A stretch of DNA of 64,000 bases from contig JANPLU010000014.1 in the NCBI GenBank assembly GCA_031422435.1, positions 35,929 to 99,928 of the forward strand, read 5' to 3'. The notes below the pieces were generated by a model. It saw nothing but the letters and a program-made list of their open reading frames with translations, searched no databases and was not told the DNA's origin. The stretch's first letter is position 1. Every line of letters starts with the position of its first letter. This document shows, piece by piece, positions 41,656 through 50,787 of the stretch. A program made the position numbers and the translations under genes. This DNA comes from Acaryochloridaceae cyanobacterium VAR_48_metabat_390. GTDB taxonomy: Bacteria > Cyanobacteriota > Cyanobacteriia > Thermosynechococcales > Thermosynechococcaceae.

Positions 41656-41799
41656 TATTCTCTTTTATCAAGCTTAGGAAGTTAGTACAATTCTTTTTCA
41701 GGGACACTTTATGATCGCAGTCATTTCATGAAATCGTCAAGCACTAAAAAATCCAATGTGGAATGTATGTGGCGTCAAAGCGATATCCTTATAGGGTCA

Positions 41800-42250
41800 T
41801 CAACGAACCTTTGTACTAAACCCGCTGGCCTTAAATTGCTCAAGCGTTAGCGGCGGTGGCAGCTCCTTTGGAATCGACATCCGCATTTCAAAATCGCTGA
41901 TGCCAGGGGGGACTGTCTCAATGGCTCCCAGTCGCGTTCGGTTTTCCATGATGGAATTGCCATTGGCATCATAAATGCGCCCAAACACATCGGCATCTAG
42001 CAGCGCTTTACCAGACTTGTTTTCTGCCTTGCCCGTAATCAAAAAGCAGTTTGCCGCTGCGGTTACGCCCCCGCTGGTCACGGCTCCTTCTGCCAATTCT
42101 GGTGGGCAGTCTTTATAAGACAGGTCATAAAGGCGCACGTCAACTGCCGCCAGTGCCGAAGGGCTAAACAGCCAGCTACATGTCAGCGTTAAACAGCACA
42201 GGGCTAAAACCACCAATCTAGTTCGCAAATAAGCTGCTGTCAGTTTCATA
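41800..42250 (-). CDS. Conserved exported hypothetical protein
   Basis: Signal peptide and the pattern CF...G.AEN...DADVFGRIYDANG...NRTRLG. ATG at 42250. Confidence 0.75.
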
Positions 42251-42373
42251 GGGCACCACACAGAAAACGTCACTTCAGCATTTTACCGTCATCCCCTGCC
42301 TCAGACGTGCATCATTGCCCACAGACTCAGTAAAGTAGAGTAAAGAACCCCATAGCTTCACGGAGTTTTACGC

Positions 42374-43714
42374 GTGCTGAATATCAGCGAATTGGCGGCG
42401 ATCGCCCAAGACAAGGCTCAACAGCTCGGCATCCATAAGTTTGACCTCTCCGGCTCCACCGTCGAAGACTCTAATGTGCAGGTCGATCAGGGCGCACCCA
42501 AGCAGGTCAAAGCCTCCAATCGCTCCAGCGTAACGGTTCGTGTATGGAATGAAGCGCAGCAGGTGGGCATCGCCAGCACCACAGATGTGGATGCGCTGGG
42601 TCTAGAAGTTGCCCTCAAAACCGCCCAGGAAGCCAGCATATTTGGCATTACAGACCACGCCCCAGACTTTAGCCCCGAAGCAAAAGCAGCGCTGCCGGAT
42701 AGCCCTAGCGAAATCTTTCCTCAAGCACCCATTTCTGAGTTGCTAGAGCGCCTGTCTAAGGCAGAACATAGTTTGTTAGAAGCGCATCCTGCCATCGTGG
42801 GCGTACCCTATAACGGGCTATCTCAGCGAGACGTTGAGCGGTTTTATGTCCACAGCGAAGGGGCGCTCCGTCACGAGGCGCACTCCTACAGCACTATTTA
42901 TCTGTATACCAAAACCGAAGAAGAAGGTAAAAAGCCTCGCAGTGGCGGCGCGTTTCGCATGAGCCGTCAGCTAGAGAAGCTAGATATTGAGGGGTGCCTC
43001 AAGGAAACAATTGATAAAACCATCAGCCATCTCAACTACAAAAAAATCCCTACGGGCAAATATACGGTGGTGTTTTCGCCGGAAGCATTCTTAAGTTTGC
43101 TGGGGGCGTTCTCTAATTTATTTAATGCCCAAAGCATTTTAGATAAGCAAAGTCTCTCTACGCCTGAATCTTTGGGTACTCAGCTTGCATCCCCACTGCT
43201 TTCGGTGGCGGATGATATACTTCATGCTGCCAATATCGGTCAATCTTTATTTGATGGCGAAGGCACGCCCACTCGCCGCGTTTCGCTCATTGAGAACGGC
43301 ATTCTCAAAAGTTTCTTGCACAGTGCAGGCACGGCAAAGCGAATGAACGCGCAGCCGACGGGACACGCCAATATGGGGTCTAAGATTACGGTTAGCCCTC
43401 ACTTTTACCATGTGTCTCAAGGCGAGGCGGGGCAGCAGTCTTTTAGCCTTGCTGAAGCCGAGAATGTGGTGCTGATTGACGATTTGCAGGCACTCCATGC
43501 AGGGGTGAAATCTATGCAGGGTTCGTTTTCGCTGCCCTTTGATGGGTGGGTAGTTAATAAGGGCGATCGCACCAGCGTAGAGTCTGCGACCGTTGCAGGC
43601 GATTTCCGTGAGCTGTTGAAAGCCATTGTTTATGTAGAGCCAGAAGAACATCTCACGCCATCAGGCGTTTGTCCCTACATTTGGGTTGAGGGGCTTTCGG
43701 TGACGGGTGAGTAG
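42374..43714 (+). CDS. pmbA: TldD/PmbA family protein (PmbA/TldE-like)
   Basis: Motifs FDGEGTPT, G.FSLP..G and TVAG. No HExxH zinc motif was seen. Confidence 0.85.
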   Translation: MLNISELAAIAQDKAQQLGIHKFDLSGSTVEDSNVQVDQGAPKQVKASNRSSVTVRVWNEAQQVGIASTTDVDALGLEVALKTAQEASIFGITDHAPDFSPEAKAALPDSPSEIFPQAPISELLERLSKAEHSLLEAHPAIVGVPYNGLSQRDVERFYVHSEGALRHEAHSYSTIYLYTKTEEEGKKPRSGGAFRMSRQLEKLDIEGCLKETIDKTISHLNYKKIPTGKYTVVFSPEAFLSLLGAFSNLFNAQSILDKQSLSTPESLGTQLASPLLSVADDILHAANIGQSLFDGEGTPTRRVSLIENGILKSFLHSAGTAKRMNAQPTGHANMGSKITVSPHFYHVSQGEAGQQSFSLAEAENVVLIDDLQALHAGVKSMQGSFSLPFDGWVVNKGDRTSVESATVAGDFRELLKAIVYVEPEEHLTPSGVCPYIWVEGLSVTGE

Positions 43715-43767
43715 TAATGTCTTGGGTGGGACATAATTAAAAAGCTGTCTGCCCTAAAAACGCAACT

Positions 43768-46700
43768 ATGAGTCCCTTTGAGCAATATATCCAAGAGCTT
43801 CGAGATATCCAGGCTACGGGGGCAGCAGTTAAAGAAACCTCTTACTACAGTGCCCTAGCAAATTTACTGAATGTGATCGGCTCAACCCTTAAGCCGAAGG
43901 TTCGCTGTGTCATGCAGTTGAAAAATCAAGGCGCTGGATTGCCCGATGGGGGACTTTTTACTGCCCGTCAATTTCAGAGGCAGTCGAGTGACTTGCCAGC
44001 CGAACCACAGAATCCGGAGCGAGGGGTTATTGAGGCCAAGGGCACAGGTGATGATGCTTGGGTTACGGCGCAGACAAAGCAGGTTTCTAAATATTGGGAC
44101 AAGTACCGTCAGGTATTGGTCACAAATTATCGAGATTTTGTCTTAATCGGGCAAGATGCAAACGGTCAACCCGCGAAGTTAGAAACCTATCGACTTGCCA
44201 CAAATGAAAAGGAGTTTTGGCAAAAGGCACAAACTCCGAGTGCCTTTGCTCAAGAACAGGGCGAACAGATTACTGAGTATTTAAAGCGGGTGATGCTGCA
44301 ACAGGCGGCGATCGCCTCTCCTCAAGATCTCGCGTGGTTTCTGGCCTCCTATGCCAAAGATGCACGGGCACGAATTGAGAAATCTGATTTGCCTGCGCTA
44401 GCAACAATCCGCACGGCACTCGAAGAATCTTTGGGGATTAGCTTTACAGATGGTAAAGGTGAGCATTTTTTCAAATCTACCCTGATTCAAACTCTATTTT
44501 ATGGGCTGTTTTCAGCTTGGGTACTGTGGCACAAGCAGGGCGCTAGACGGGGCTATTTTGACTGGCAAACTGCGGCCTGGTCGCTCCATGTCCCTATGGT
44601 AAGAGCGTTATTTGAAAAAGTTGCCACGCCAAGCAATCTGGGGCGGCTCGATTTAGTAGAAGTGCTGGATTGGACAGGGGAAGCCCTCAATCGAGTAGAT
44701 CGAGCGGCTTTCTTTGCCAAGTTTGATGAAGGGCAGGCGGTACAGTATTTCTATGAGCCGTTTTTGGAAGCGTTTGACCCACAACTGCGGAAAGATTTAG
44801 GCGTTTGGTATACGCCGCCAGAAATTGTGCAGTATATGGTGGCGCGGGTAGATACGGTCTTACGAGAAGAGTTGGGACTGGCCGATGGTTTAGCCGATGA
44901 GAGTGTTTATATTCTTGACCCCTGCTGCGGGACGGGTGCTTTTTTGGTGGAGGTGCTAAAGCAAATTAACCAGACGCTGACAGCAAAAGGAGAGGATGCC
45001 CTAAGCGGATCTGCGCTCAAAGAAGCGGCAAAAAATCGGGTGTTTGGCTTTGAGATTTTGACGGCTCCGTTTGTGGTGGCGCATTTGCAGTTGGGGCTGC
45101 TGCTACAAAATTTGGGCGTACCTTTACAGGATGAAAGTGAACGGGTAGGGGTGTATCTCACCAATGCTTTGACGGGCTGGGAACCACCCGATGAGGCAGC
45201 AAAACAGCGCGTTCGGCAGTTAATTCTAAGTTTTCCTGAACTGCAAGAGGAGCGAGATGCGGCGGAGGCCGTGAAACGAAAAAAGCCCATTTTAGTGGTG
45301 ATAGGAAATCCGCCCTACAATGCCTATGCTGGGGTAAGCCCGAAGCAAGAGGAAGGGCTGGTTGAGGCTTACAAACAAGGGCTGATTGATGAATGGGGCA
45401 TCAAAAAATTCAATTTAGATGATTTGTATGTCCGATTTTTCCGCATTGCCGAAAACTGCATTGCGAAATTGGCAATTCAGCGGGGTGTCGTGTGCTTTAT
45501 CTCTAACTTCTCCTATTTGAGCGATCCGTCTTATGTGGTGATGCGACACAGCTTTTTACAGAATTTTGACAAGCTTTGGTTTGATTGCCTCAACGGAGAT
45601 AGCCGCGAAACAGGCAAGCTGACCCCTGAAGGAACCCCCGACCCGTCTGTATTTTCAACGGAGTACAACCGAGAAGGGATTCGCACGGGTACGGCGATCG
45701 CCCTAATGGTGCAAACGGGCTTGCAAAGCCCTGATTCAGAAGTTCGCTTTCGCCAACTTTGGGGAACTCAAAAGCGTCAAGAACTTTTGTCTAGTCTGCA
45801 AACGGAATCTTTTAATGCCCAGTATTCTGTCTCAAATCCTATCGCCGAAACCCGATTTTCGTTCCGTCCTTCTCAGATTGAGCCGCATTACTTAAAATGG
45901 GCAAAATTGACTGAGCTATGTGCCGTTGCGCCCAGTAATGGGCTAATGGAAAAGCGGGGTGGGGCGCTGATTAATATTGATCGCGATGCCCTAGAACAGC
46001 GAATGGAGGCTTATTTCAACCCTGATTTAGATTGGGAGGCTTACAAGGCGTTGGGCTATGGTTTGGTCAAACCTCAGGCTAGTTTTGATCCCAAAGTTGC
46101 TAGAAGAAAAGCTTTGTTGGCAGGAAGATTCATTCCTAAACATTTAGTTCGCTATGCGATTCGACCGTTTGAAGTCCGTTGGTGCTATTACACATCAGTC
46201 AGCTCTGTTTGGAACCGACCGCGCCCTTTCCTTTGGAAGCAATGCTGGCAAGGTAATTCATTTCTAATAACACGACCGGCTGGAGTTGCTAGTCCTGAAG
46301 GGTGTCCGTTCTCCTTTACTCGTTCCCTAGGAGACAACGACTTTCTACGAGGTCATGCCTACTACTTTCCGCTACAGCTCATGAATGGAGCGCGACTGCA
46401 AGCGCAAGAAAGATTAATTCTGCTAGAAATGCTGGGGGAAAAGCCAGAAGTTGATCGGCCCTTTGCCAATCTTTCCCCTGCCGCCCGTATCTATCTGGCT
46501 GAAATAGGTATTGCTGATCCTGATGAAAATACTGAAACAGCCACATTAATTTGGATGCACGCCCTAGCCATTGGCTATTCACCCATTTATTTGTCAGAAA
46601 ATGCCGATGGGGTGCGCCAAGATTTTCCACGCATCCCCTTACCTAATAACCGAGACTTGCTCATCGCCTCCGCTCGTTTAGGACGTCAGGTCGCAATGCT

Positions 46701-47229
46701 TCTGGACACCGAAGCCAAGGTTGAAGGGGTCACAACAGGCACCATCCTCTCAGAATTGCGCGGGATTGCCGTTATTTCACGAGTGGGCGGAGGACAGCTC
46801 AACCCCGATACTGAACTTGCACTCACTGCGAGTTGGGGTCATGCCGGAAAAGAAGGCGTAACCATGCCAGGGAAGGGCAAAATTCAGGAACGAGCCTACA
46901 CTCTTCAAGAATTAAAGGCTTTGGATGATTCAACTCAAGCATTGCTGGGGACAGCCACCCGTGATATTTACCTCAACGATGTCGCGTACTGGAAAAATAT
47001 GCCTGATCAAGTTTGGGACTACACCATTGGCGGATATCAGGTCATCAAAAAGTGGCTCAGTTACCGCGAAGAACCTTTATTGGATCGTCCACTCAAGCGA
47101 GAAGAAGTGCAGGAAGTTAGCCACATGGCAAGGCGAATTGCGGCTATTTTACAGCTAGCGCCTCAATTGAATGCTAATTATGAAGCGGCAAAGCAGTCCG
47201 CCTATCCCTGGACTAAACCATCGGCGTAG
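43768..47229 (+). CDS. Single-chain restriction-modification protein (nuclease + N6-adenine MTase + type ISP-like specificity domain)
   Basis: N-terminal PD...EAK; MTase motifs GVWYTP, LDPCCGTGAF and GNPPY; C-terminal YAIRPF, DFPRIP and VWDYTIGGYQVIKKWLSYR. Confidence 0.88.
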   Translation: MSPFEQYIQELRDIQATGAAVKETSYYSALANLLNVIGSTLKPKVRCVMQLKNQGAGLPDGGLFTARQFQRQSSDLPAEPQNPERGVIEAKGTGDDAWVTAQTKQVSKYWDKYRQVLVTNYRDFVLIGQDANGQPAKLETYRLATNEKEFWQKAQTPSAFAQEQGEQITEYLKRVMLQQAAIASPQDLAWFLASYAKDARARIEKSDLPALATIRTALEESLGISFTDGKGEHFFKSTLIQTLFYGLFSAWVLWHKQGARRGYFDWQTAAWSLHVPMVRALFEKVATPSNLGRLDLVEVLDWTGEALNRVDRAAFFAKFDEGQAVQYFYEPFLEAFDPQLRKDLGVWYTPPEIVQYMVARVDTVLREELGLADGLADESVYILDPCCGTGAFLVEVLKQINQTLTAKGEDALSGSALKEAAKNRVFGFEILTAPFVVAHLQLGLLLQNLGVPLQDESERVGVYLTNALTGWEPPDEAAKQRVRQLILSFPELQEERDAAEAVKRKKPILVVIGNPPYNAYAGVSPKQEEGLVEAYKQGLIDEWGIKKFNLDDLYVRFFRIAENCIAKLAIQRGVVCFISNFSYLSDPSYVVMRHSFLQNFDKLWFDCLNGDSRETGKLTPEGTPDPSVFSTEYNREGIRTGTAIALMVQTGLQSPDSEVRFRQLWGTQKRQELLSSLQTESFNAQYSVSNPIAETRFSFRPSQIEPHYLKWAKLTELCAVAPSNGLMEKRGGALINIDRDALEQRMEAYFNPDLDWEAYKALGYGLVKPQASFDPKVARRKALLAGRFIPKHLVRYAIRPFEVRWCYYTSVSSVWNRPRPFLWKQCWQGNSFLITRPAGVASPEGCPFSFTRSLGDNDFLRGHAYYFPLQLMNGARLQAQERLILLEMLGEKPEVDRPFANLSPAARIYLAEIGIADPDENTETATLIWMHALAIGYSPIYLSENADGVRQDFPRIPLPNNRDLLIASARLGRQVAMLLDTEAKVEGVTTGTILSELRGIAVISRVGGGQLNPDTELALTASWGHAGKEGVTMPGKGKIQERAYTLQELKALDDSTQALLGTATRDIYLNDVAYWKNMPDQVWDYTIGGYQVIKKWLSYREEPLLDRPLKREEVQEVSHMARRIAAILQLAPQLNANYEAAKQSAYPWTKPSA

Positions 47230-47388
47230 GCTCAGCAGATCGAAACTTCTCATACTTGACCCCTCAGCCCCCTTTTCAAGAAAGATTTAGGAGGATCGAG
47301 TGTAAAAATTTTCTGGGAAAGCAGTAATTTGCGATCTACGAAGGCTGTTAGGCCGGAATAAAGCGGAATCTCTCCGATCAAAAGCCTG

Positions 47389-48714
47389 CTATAAAAGCGC
47401 AGCCGCGCGATCGGCAAGTTCTGAGCGTTCGCCTTGATACAGCGTAATATGGGCAGCCAAAGCTTCTTGCTTAAAGCGCTCTACCACGTAGGTCAATCCA
47501 TTGCTGGCGGCATCCACATAGGGGTTATCAATTTGGGCAGGGTCGCCCGTGAGGATAATTTTGGTTCCCTCTCCTGCGCGGGTCAGAATAGTCTTGACCT
47601 CGTGGGGGGTGAGGTTTTGAGCCTCATCCACAATCAAAAACTGCTTCGGAATCGTGCGGCCTCGGATGTAGGTTAACGGCTCAATTTGCAGTAGCCCCCG
47701 CTCCATCAGTTCTTCATGACCGTGCCGCCAGTGGGCGGGTTGACCGTTCCCGTCTTGGGTGCCAAAAATGAGGTCAAAATTGTCGTAGAGGGGCTGCATC
47801 CAAGGCGTGAGCTTTTCTTTGATGTCCCCTGGTAAGTATCCTAAATCTTTGCCCATCGGTATGACAGGGCGCGCAATCAGCAGACGGCTGTAGGTGCGCT
47901 CTTCTGAGACTTTGTGTAAGCCTGCGGCGATCGCCAACAACGTCTTGCCCGTCCCCGCCTTACCCACCAGCGTCACCAGTGAAATGGAGTCTTTGAGCAG
48001 AAAATCGAGGGCAAACTGCTGTTCTCGATTGCGGGACTGGATTTTCGATACGCCATTGTGGGGCAGCTTATGAAGGGGCACAATTTTGCCGCTAGAGCCT
48101 TCTACCACAGCCAAAGCAGTATGAGAAGGATTTGCAGTATCTATCAGCGTTAGCGCCTGGTTGGGGTAAAAATTGCCCTCTAAGGAAATGCCGCCATGCT
48201 TAAAGAGCAGGTTAATATCTTCTGCACTTACATAAACCTCTGCAGTCCCGGTGTATAGGTCGCCGATGTCTACTTTGTCGGTTTCGTAGTCTTCGGCGGC
48301 AATGCCCAGCACATCGGCCTTGATGCGCAGGTTGGTGTCTTTACTCACCAAAACCACGTCACACTTTGCCTGCCGTTTCACCTCAAGGGCAACCGCCAAA
48401 ATTGCATTGTCGTTTTGGTTGCCCTCTAGCTCAACCGGAAGCTCCTTGAGGGTTTCTTGATGGCACAACGAGACTTTGATGGTGCCGCCGCTGTCGAGGG
48501 TAATACCGTCAATTAAGTGCCCTTGCCCTCGCAGATCGTCTAGCGATCGCGATACCTGTCGCGCATTTCGCCCCGTCATTTCAGTGAGCTTTTTGAAGCG
48601 ATCTAGCTCTTCGATGATGGTAATAGGCAGAATAACGTCATTGTCCTCAAACCGAAACATTGCCCCAGGGTCATGCAGCAAAACGTTGGTATCCAGGACA
48701 AATACTTTTCGCAT
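47389..48714 (-). CDS. PhoH family protein with N-terminal PIN domain (PhoH2-type)
   Basis: FVLDTNVLLHDP (PIN), GKAGTGKT, RGRT, DEAQN and GDPAQID. Start at MRKVF. Confidence 0.93.
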   Translation of the reverse strand: MRKVFVLDTNVLLHDPGAMFRFEDNDVILPITIIEELDRFKKLTEMTGRNARQVSRSLDDLRGQGHLIDGITLDSGGTIKVSLCHQETLKELPVELEGNQNDNAILAVALEVKRQAKCDVVLVSKDTNLRIKADVLGIAAEDYETDKVDIGDLYTGTAEVYVSAEDINLLFKHGGISLEGNFYPNQALTLIDTANPSHTALAVVEGSSGKIVPLHKLPHNGVSKIQSRNREQQFALDFLLKDSISLVTLVGKAGTGKTLLAIAAGLHKVSEERTYSRLLIARPVIPMGKDLGYLPGDIKEKLTPWMQPLYDNFDLIFGTQDGNGQPAHWRHGHEELMERGLLQIEPLTYIRGRTIPKQFLIVDEAQNLTPHEVKTILTRAGEGTKIILTGDPAQIDNPYVDAASNGLTYVVERFKQEALAAHITLYQGERSELADRAAALL

Positions 48715-48792
48715 AGAGCAAGAAATTTTAATAGCATAATTAGAACAGCAGCTTAACATTAAAGCCCTAAACACTTCGAGGCGGCCTTCCCT

Positions 48793-49269
48793 ATGATTTT
48801 GCCTGCCACACAAACAGCGCTCCCTAGCGGCACACTCCGGCGCATTCACCACATAGCCCTAAACGTCAAAAACATGGCGGCCTCGCGGCAGTTTTATGGC
48901 GAGATTTTGGGGCTGCACGAATTGACCGGAAATGAGGTGCCAGAGACACTGCGATCGCTGGTCACCCAAGGCAAAGTCGCCAACTTCATCACCCCTGACG
49001 GCACCGTCCTTGACCTGTTTTGGGAGCCGGAACTTACGCCACCGAACCTTGACCCCAAGCAGCAGTTTACCCGTGCCAATCACTTGGCCTTTGATATTGC
49101 ACCAGCGCTGTTTGACCAGGCTGTCGCCGTCATCCATCAAAACCAGATCACGGTTGATCATGGCCCCGTCACCCGCCCGACCGGACGAGGCATCTATTTT
49201 TATGACCCCGATGGCTTTCTCGTGGAAATTCGCTGCGATGCGGAGAGCACTCTTGGCAATTCAACTTAG
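48793..49269 (+). CDS. VOC/glyoxalase family protein
   Basis: Motifs IHHIALNV, NHLAF and IYFYDPDG..VEI. Confidence 0.9.
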   Translation: MILPATQTALPSGTLRRIHHIALNVKNMAASRQFYGEILGLHELTGNEVPETLRSLVTQGKVANFITPDGTVLDLFWEPELTPPNLDPKQQFTRANHLAFDIAPALFDQAVAVIHQNQITVDHGPVTRPTGRGIYFYDPDGFLVEIRCDAESTLGNST

Positions 49270-49544
49270 ACAACGGGTGGCCTTTTATCATTGAGCCTTG
49301 GTTGATAGCAGGTCACAGCAACATGTTCAGCCCGATTCAACAACCATTCCGGTAACTCTACCCAGTCAATAAAAGCAGCTGTCCCACAACAAGATAATAT
49401 TTCACTCATTTTGTGATGACCTTTCTTCCAGCGCTGATAGATGTTCTGCGCCTGTCCCACATAGATGACGCTGCCTGCCGCATCCAGTACGCGGTAAATA
49501 CCGCAGCAAGATGGTAAATCCTTAATCTGAGTAATTGGTAGCAT
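49266..49544 (-). CDS. Minimal GIY-YIG nuclease family protein
   Basis: LP..CGIYRV...IYVGQAQNIYQRW..H, with conserved E (RAE) and P.LN. Confidence 0.85.
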   Translation of the reverse strand: MLPITQIKDLPSCCGIYRVLDAAGSVIYVGQAQNIYQRWKKGHHKMSEILSCCGTAAFIDWVELPEWLLNRAEHVAVTCYQPRLNDKRPPVV

Positions 49545-49867
49545 TACAGCCTTAGATCCGCTAGCGTGATATCCAAATCATCCGTTTGAGTACTCCATTG
49601 GATAATTTGCCAAGCTTTTTCGACGGCGACAACCGCAGTTCCAGCGAGTCGCTCGATGCGATGCAACGATTGTTTAAGTTCCTGTTCTTCTCGCACTAGG
49701 TCATTTAAGGTCAGGTCATCTCGTAATAGTGAGTAGATTGATAGCCACTGAGCCTTACGGCGCAGATCGCGCCCTTGAGTAAGGTCAGGCCGCTCTCTCT
49801 TAAGTGCGGTCGTCTCAGCTACGCCCACTCGTTTAAAAACTTCCGTTTTGATGACTTGGAGTTTCAT
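49544..49867 (-). CDS. Hypothetical protein
   Basis: 107-aa ORF that overlaps both neighbours (ATGA and TAATG junctions). Confidence 0.7.
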   Translation of the reverse strand: MKLQVIKTEVFKRVGVAETTALKRERPDLTQGRDLRRKAQWLSIYSLLRDDLTLNDLVREEQELKQSLHRIERLAGTAVVAVEKAWQIIQWSTQTDDLDITLADLRL

Positions 49868-50541
49868 ACTGCGTCATCTCCGTCATTTGCTAGTTTTTTG
49901 TAGCGAATGGCGGTCTTCACTAGCTTCAAAATTTCCGATTGTTCCCAATCTAGAAGCGACGCTCCCAAGGTAAGTGCGTTGTTAACAGAGCGAGTTTTAT
50001 AAATCTGGTTGACTTTATCTTGTACGGCAAGTTCAACTTCTGTCTGCTCCAGCACTTTTTTGACTAGGACACGCTGCACTCGGTAAGTATCGTTCCACTG
50101 CTGAAGTGATCGCTGGCTGTTTTCCAGTTTGGCAATCGTTTTCAGCTTCTCTGACCAACTATCCAACAGAGTCGCTAACGCGCTAGCTGATTGAACCCCT
50201 GCCTTTTGCAGCAAATTTTTCAGAATATTTCCGCGTTTTTGGGCAACCTGGATTACTTTTATATGCTCATCTCGGTAAAGAGCCAAGACCATTTCTGTAG
50301 CGGCATTGGTAGCATGTTTCACATGAAAGCTAGAGGCATAGCCTAGCCCTACCCTAATTTCCTGCAATACATCATCATAATTAGTGACGGTGTGGCGCAA
50401 ATGATTGAGCAGCTCCCGCCCCGAAGCAGAAGAAAAATCTAGAACGTCACCATATTCATTACAAATTTGATACAGCAAGTCCGGTCGGATGACCTTAACC
50501 ATCGACTTGATTTGCTCTTTGGAATAAGACTGCTCAGGCAT
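49864..50541 (-). CDS. Hypothetical helical protein with a DUF2293-like motif
   Basis: 225-aa ORF containing NHLRHTVTNYDDVL (HxRHxxTxYD) and a coiled-coil C-terminal half. Confidence 0.7.
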   Translation of the reverse strand: MPEQSYSKEQIKSMVKVIRPDLLYQICNEYGDVLDFSSASGRELLNHLRHTVTNYDDVLQEIRVGLGYASSFHVKHATNAATEMVLALYRDEHIKVIQVAQKRGNILKNLLQKAGVQSASALATLLDSWSEKLKTIAKLENSQRSLQQWNDTYRVQRVLVKKVLEQTEVELAVQDKVNQIYKTRSVNNALTLGASLLDWEQSEILKLVKTAIRYKKLANDGDDAV

Positions 50542-50787
50542 AAGAATGAGAGGTGATCGTTTTTTACAAAACGACTATCAGCAGATAGCGACTAAAAATG
50601 AAGAGTACGTCTCTATACAATACCCATTAGTCCCCGCAAATGCACTTTGAGTGACCGTCAGAAAACTGGCGGCATTCCCAGCCCAACTACAATCATAAGA
50701 ATAATCTCTGAATCATCCAGCAACAAAATTTTAAGAGACGTCAGTCACATTTAAGTTTGTTTAAGATCAAAACAGCTTATGTATGCC

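Noticed and set aside
47255..47300. CCCCTCAGCCCCCTTTTCAAG...TTTAGGAGGATC, resembling a cyanobacterial dispersed repeat
   Set aside because: Too degenerate to support a call.
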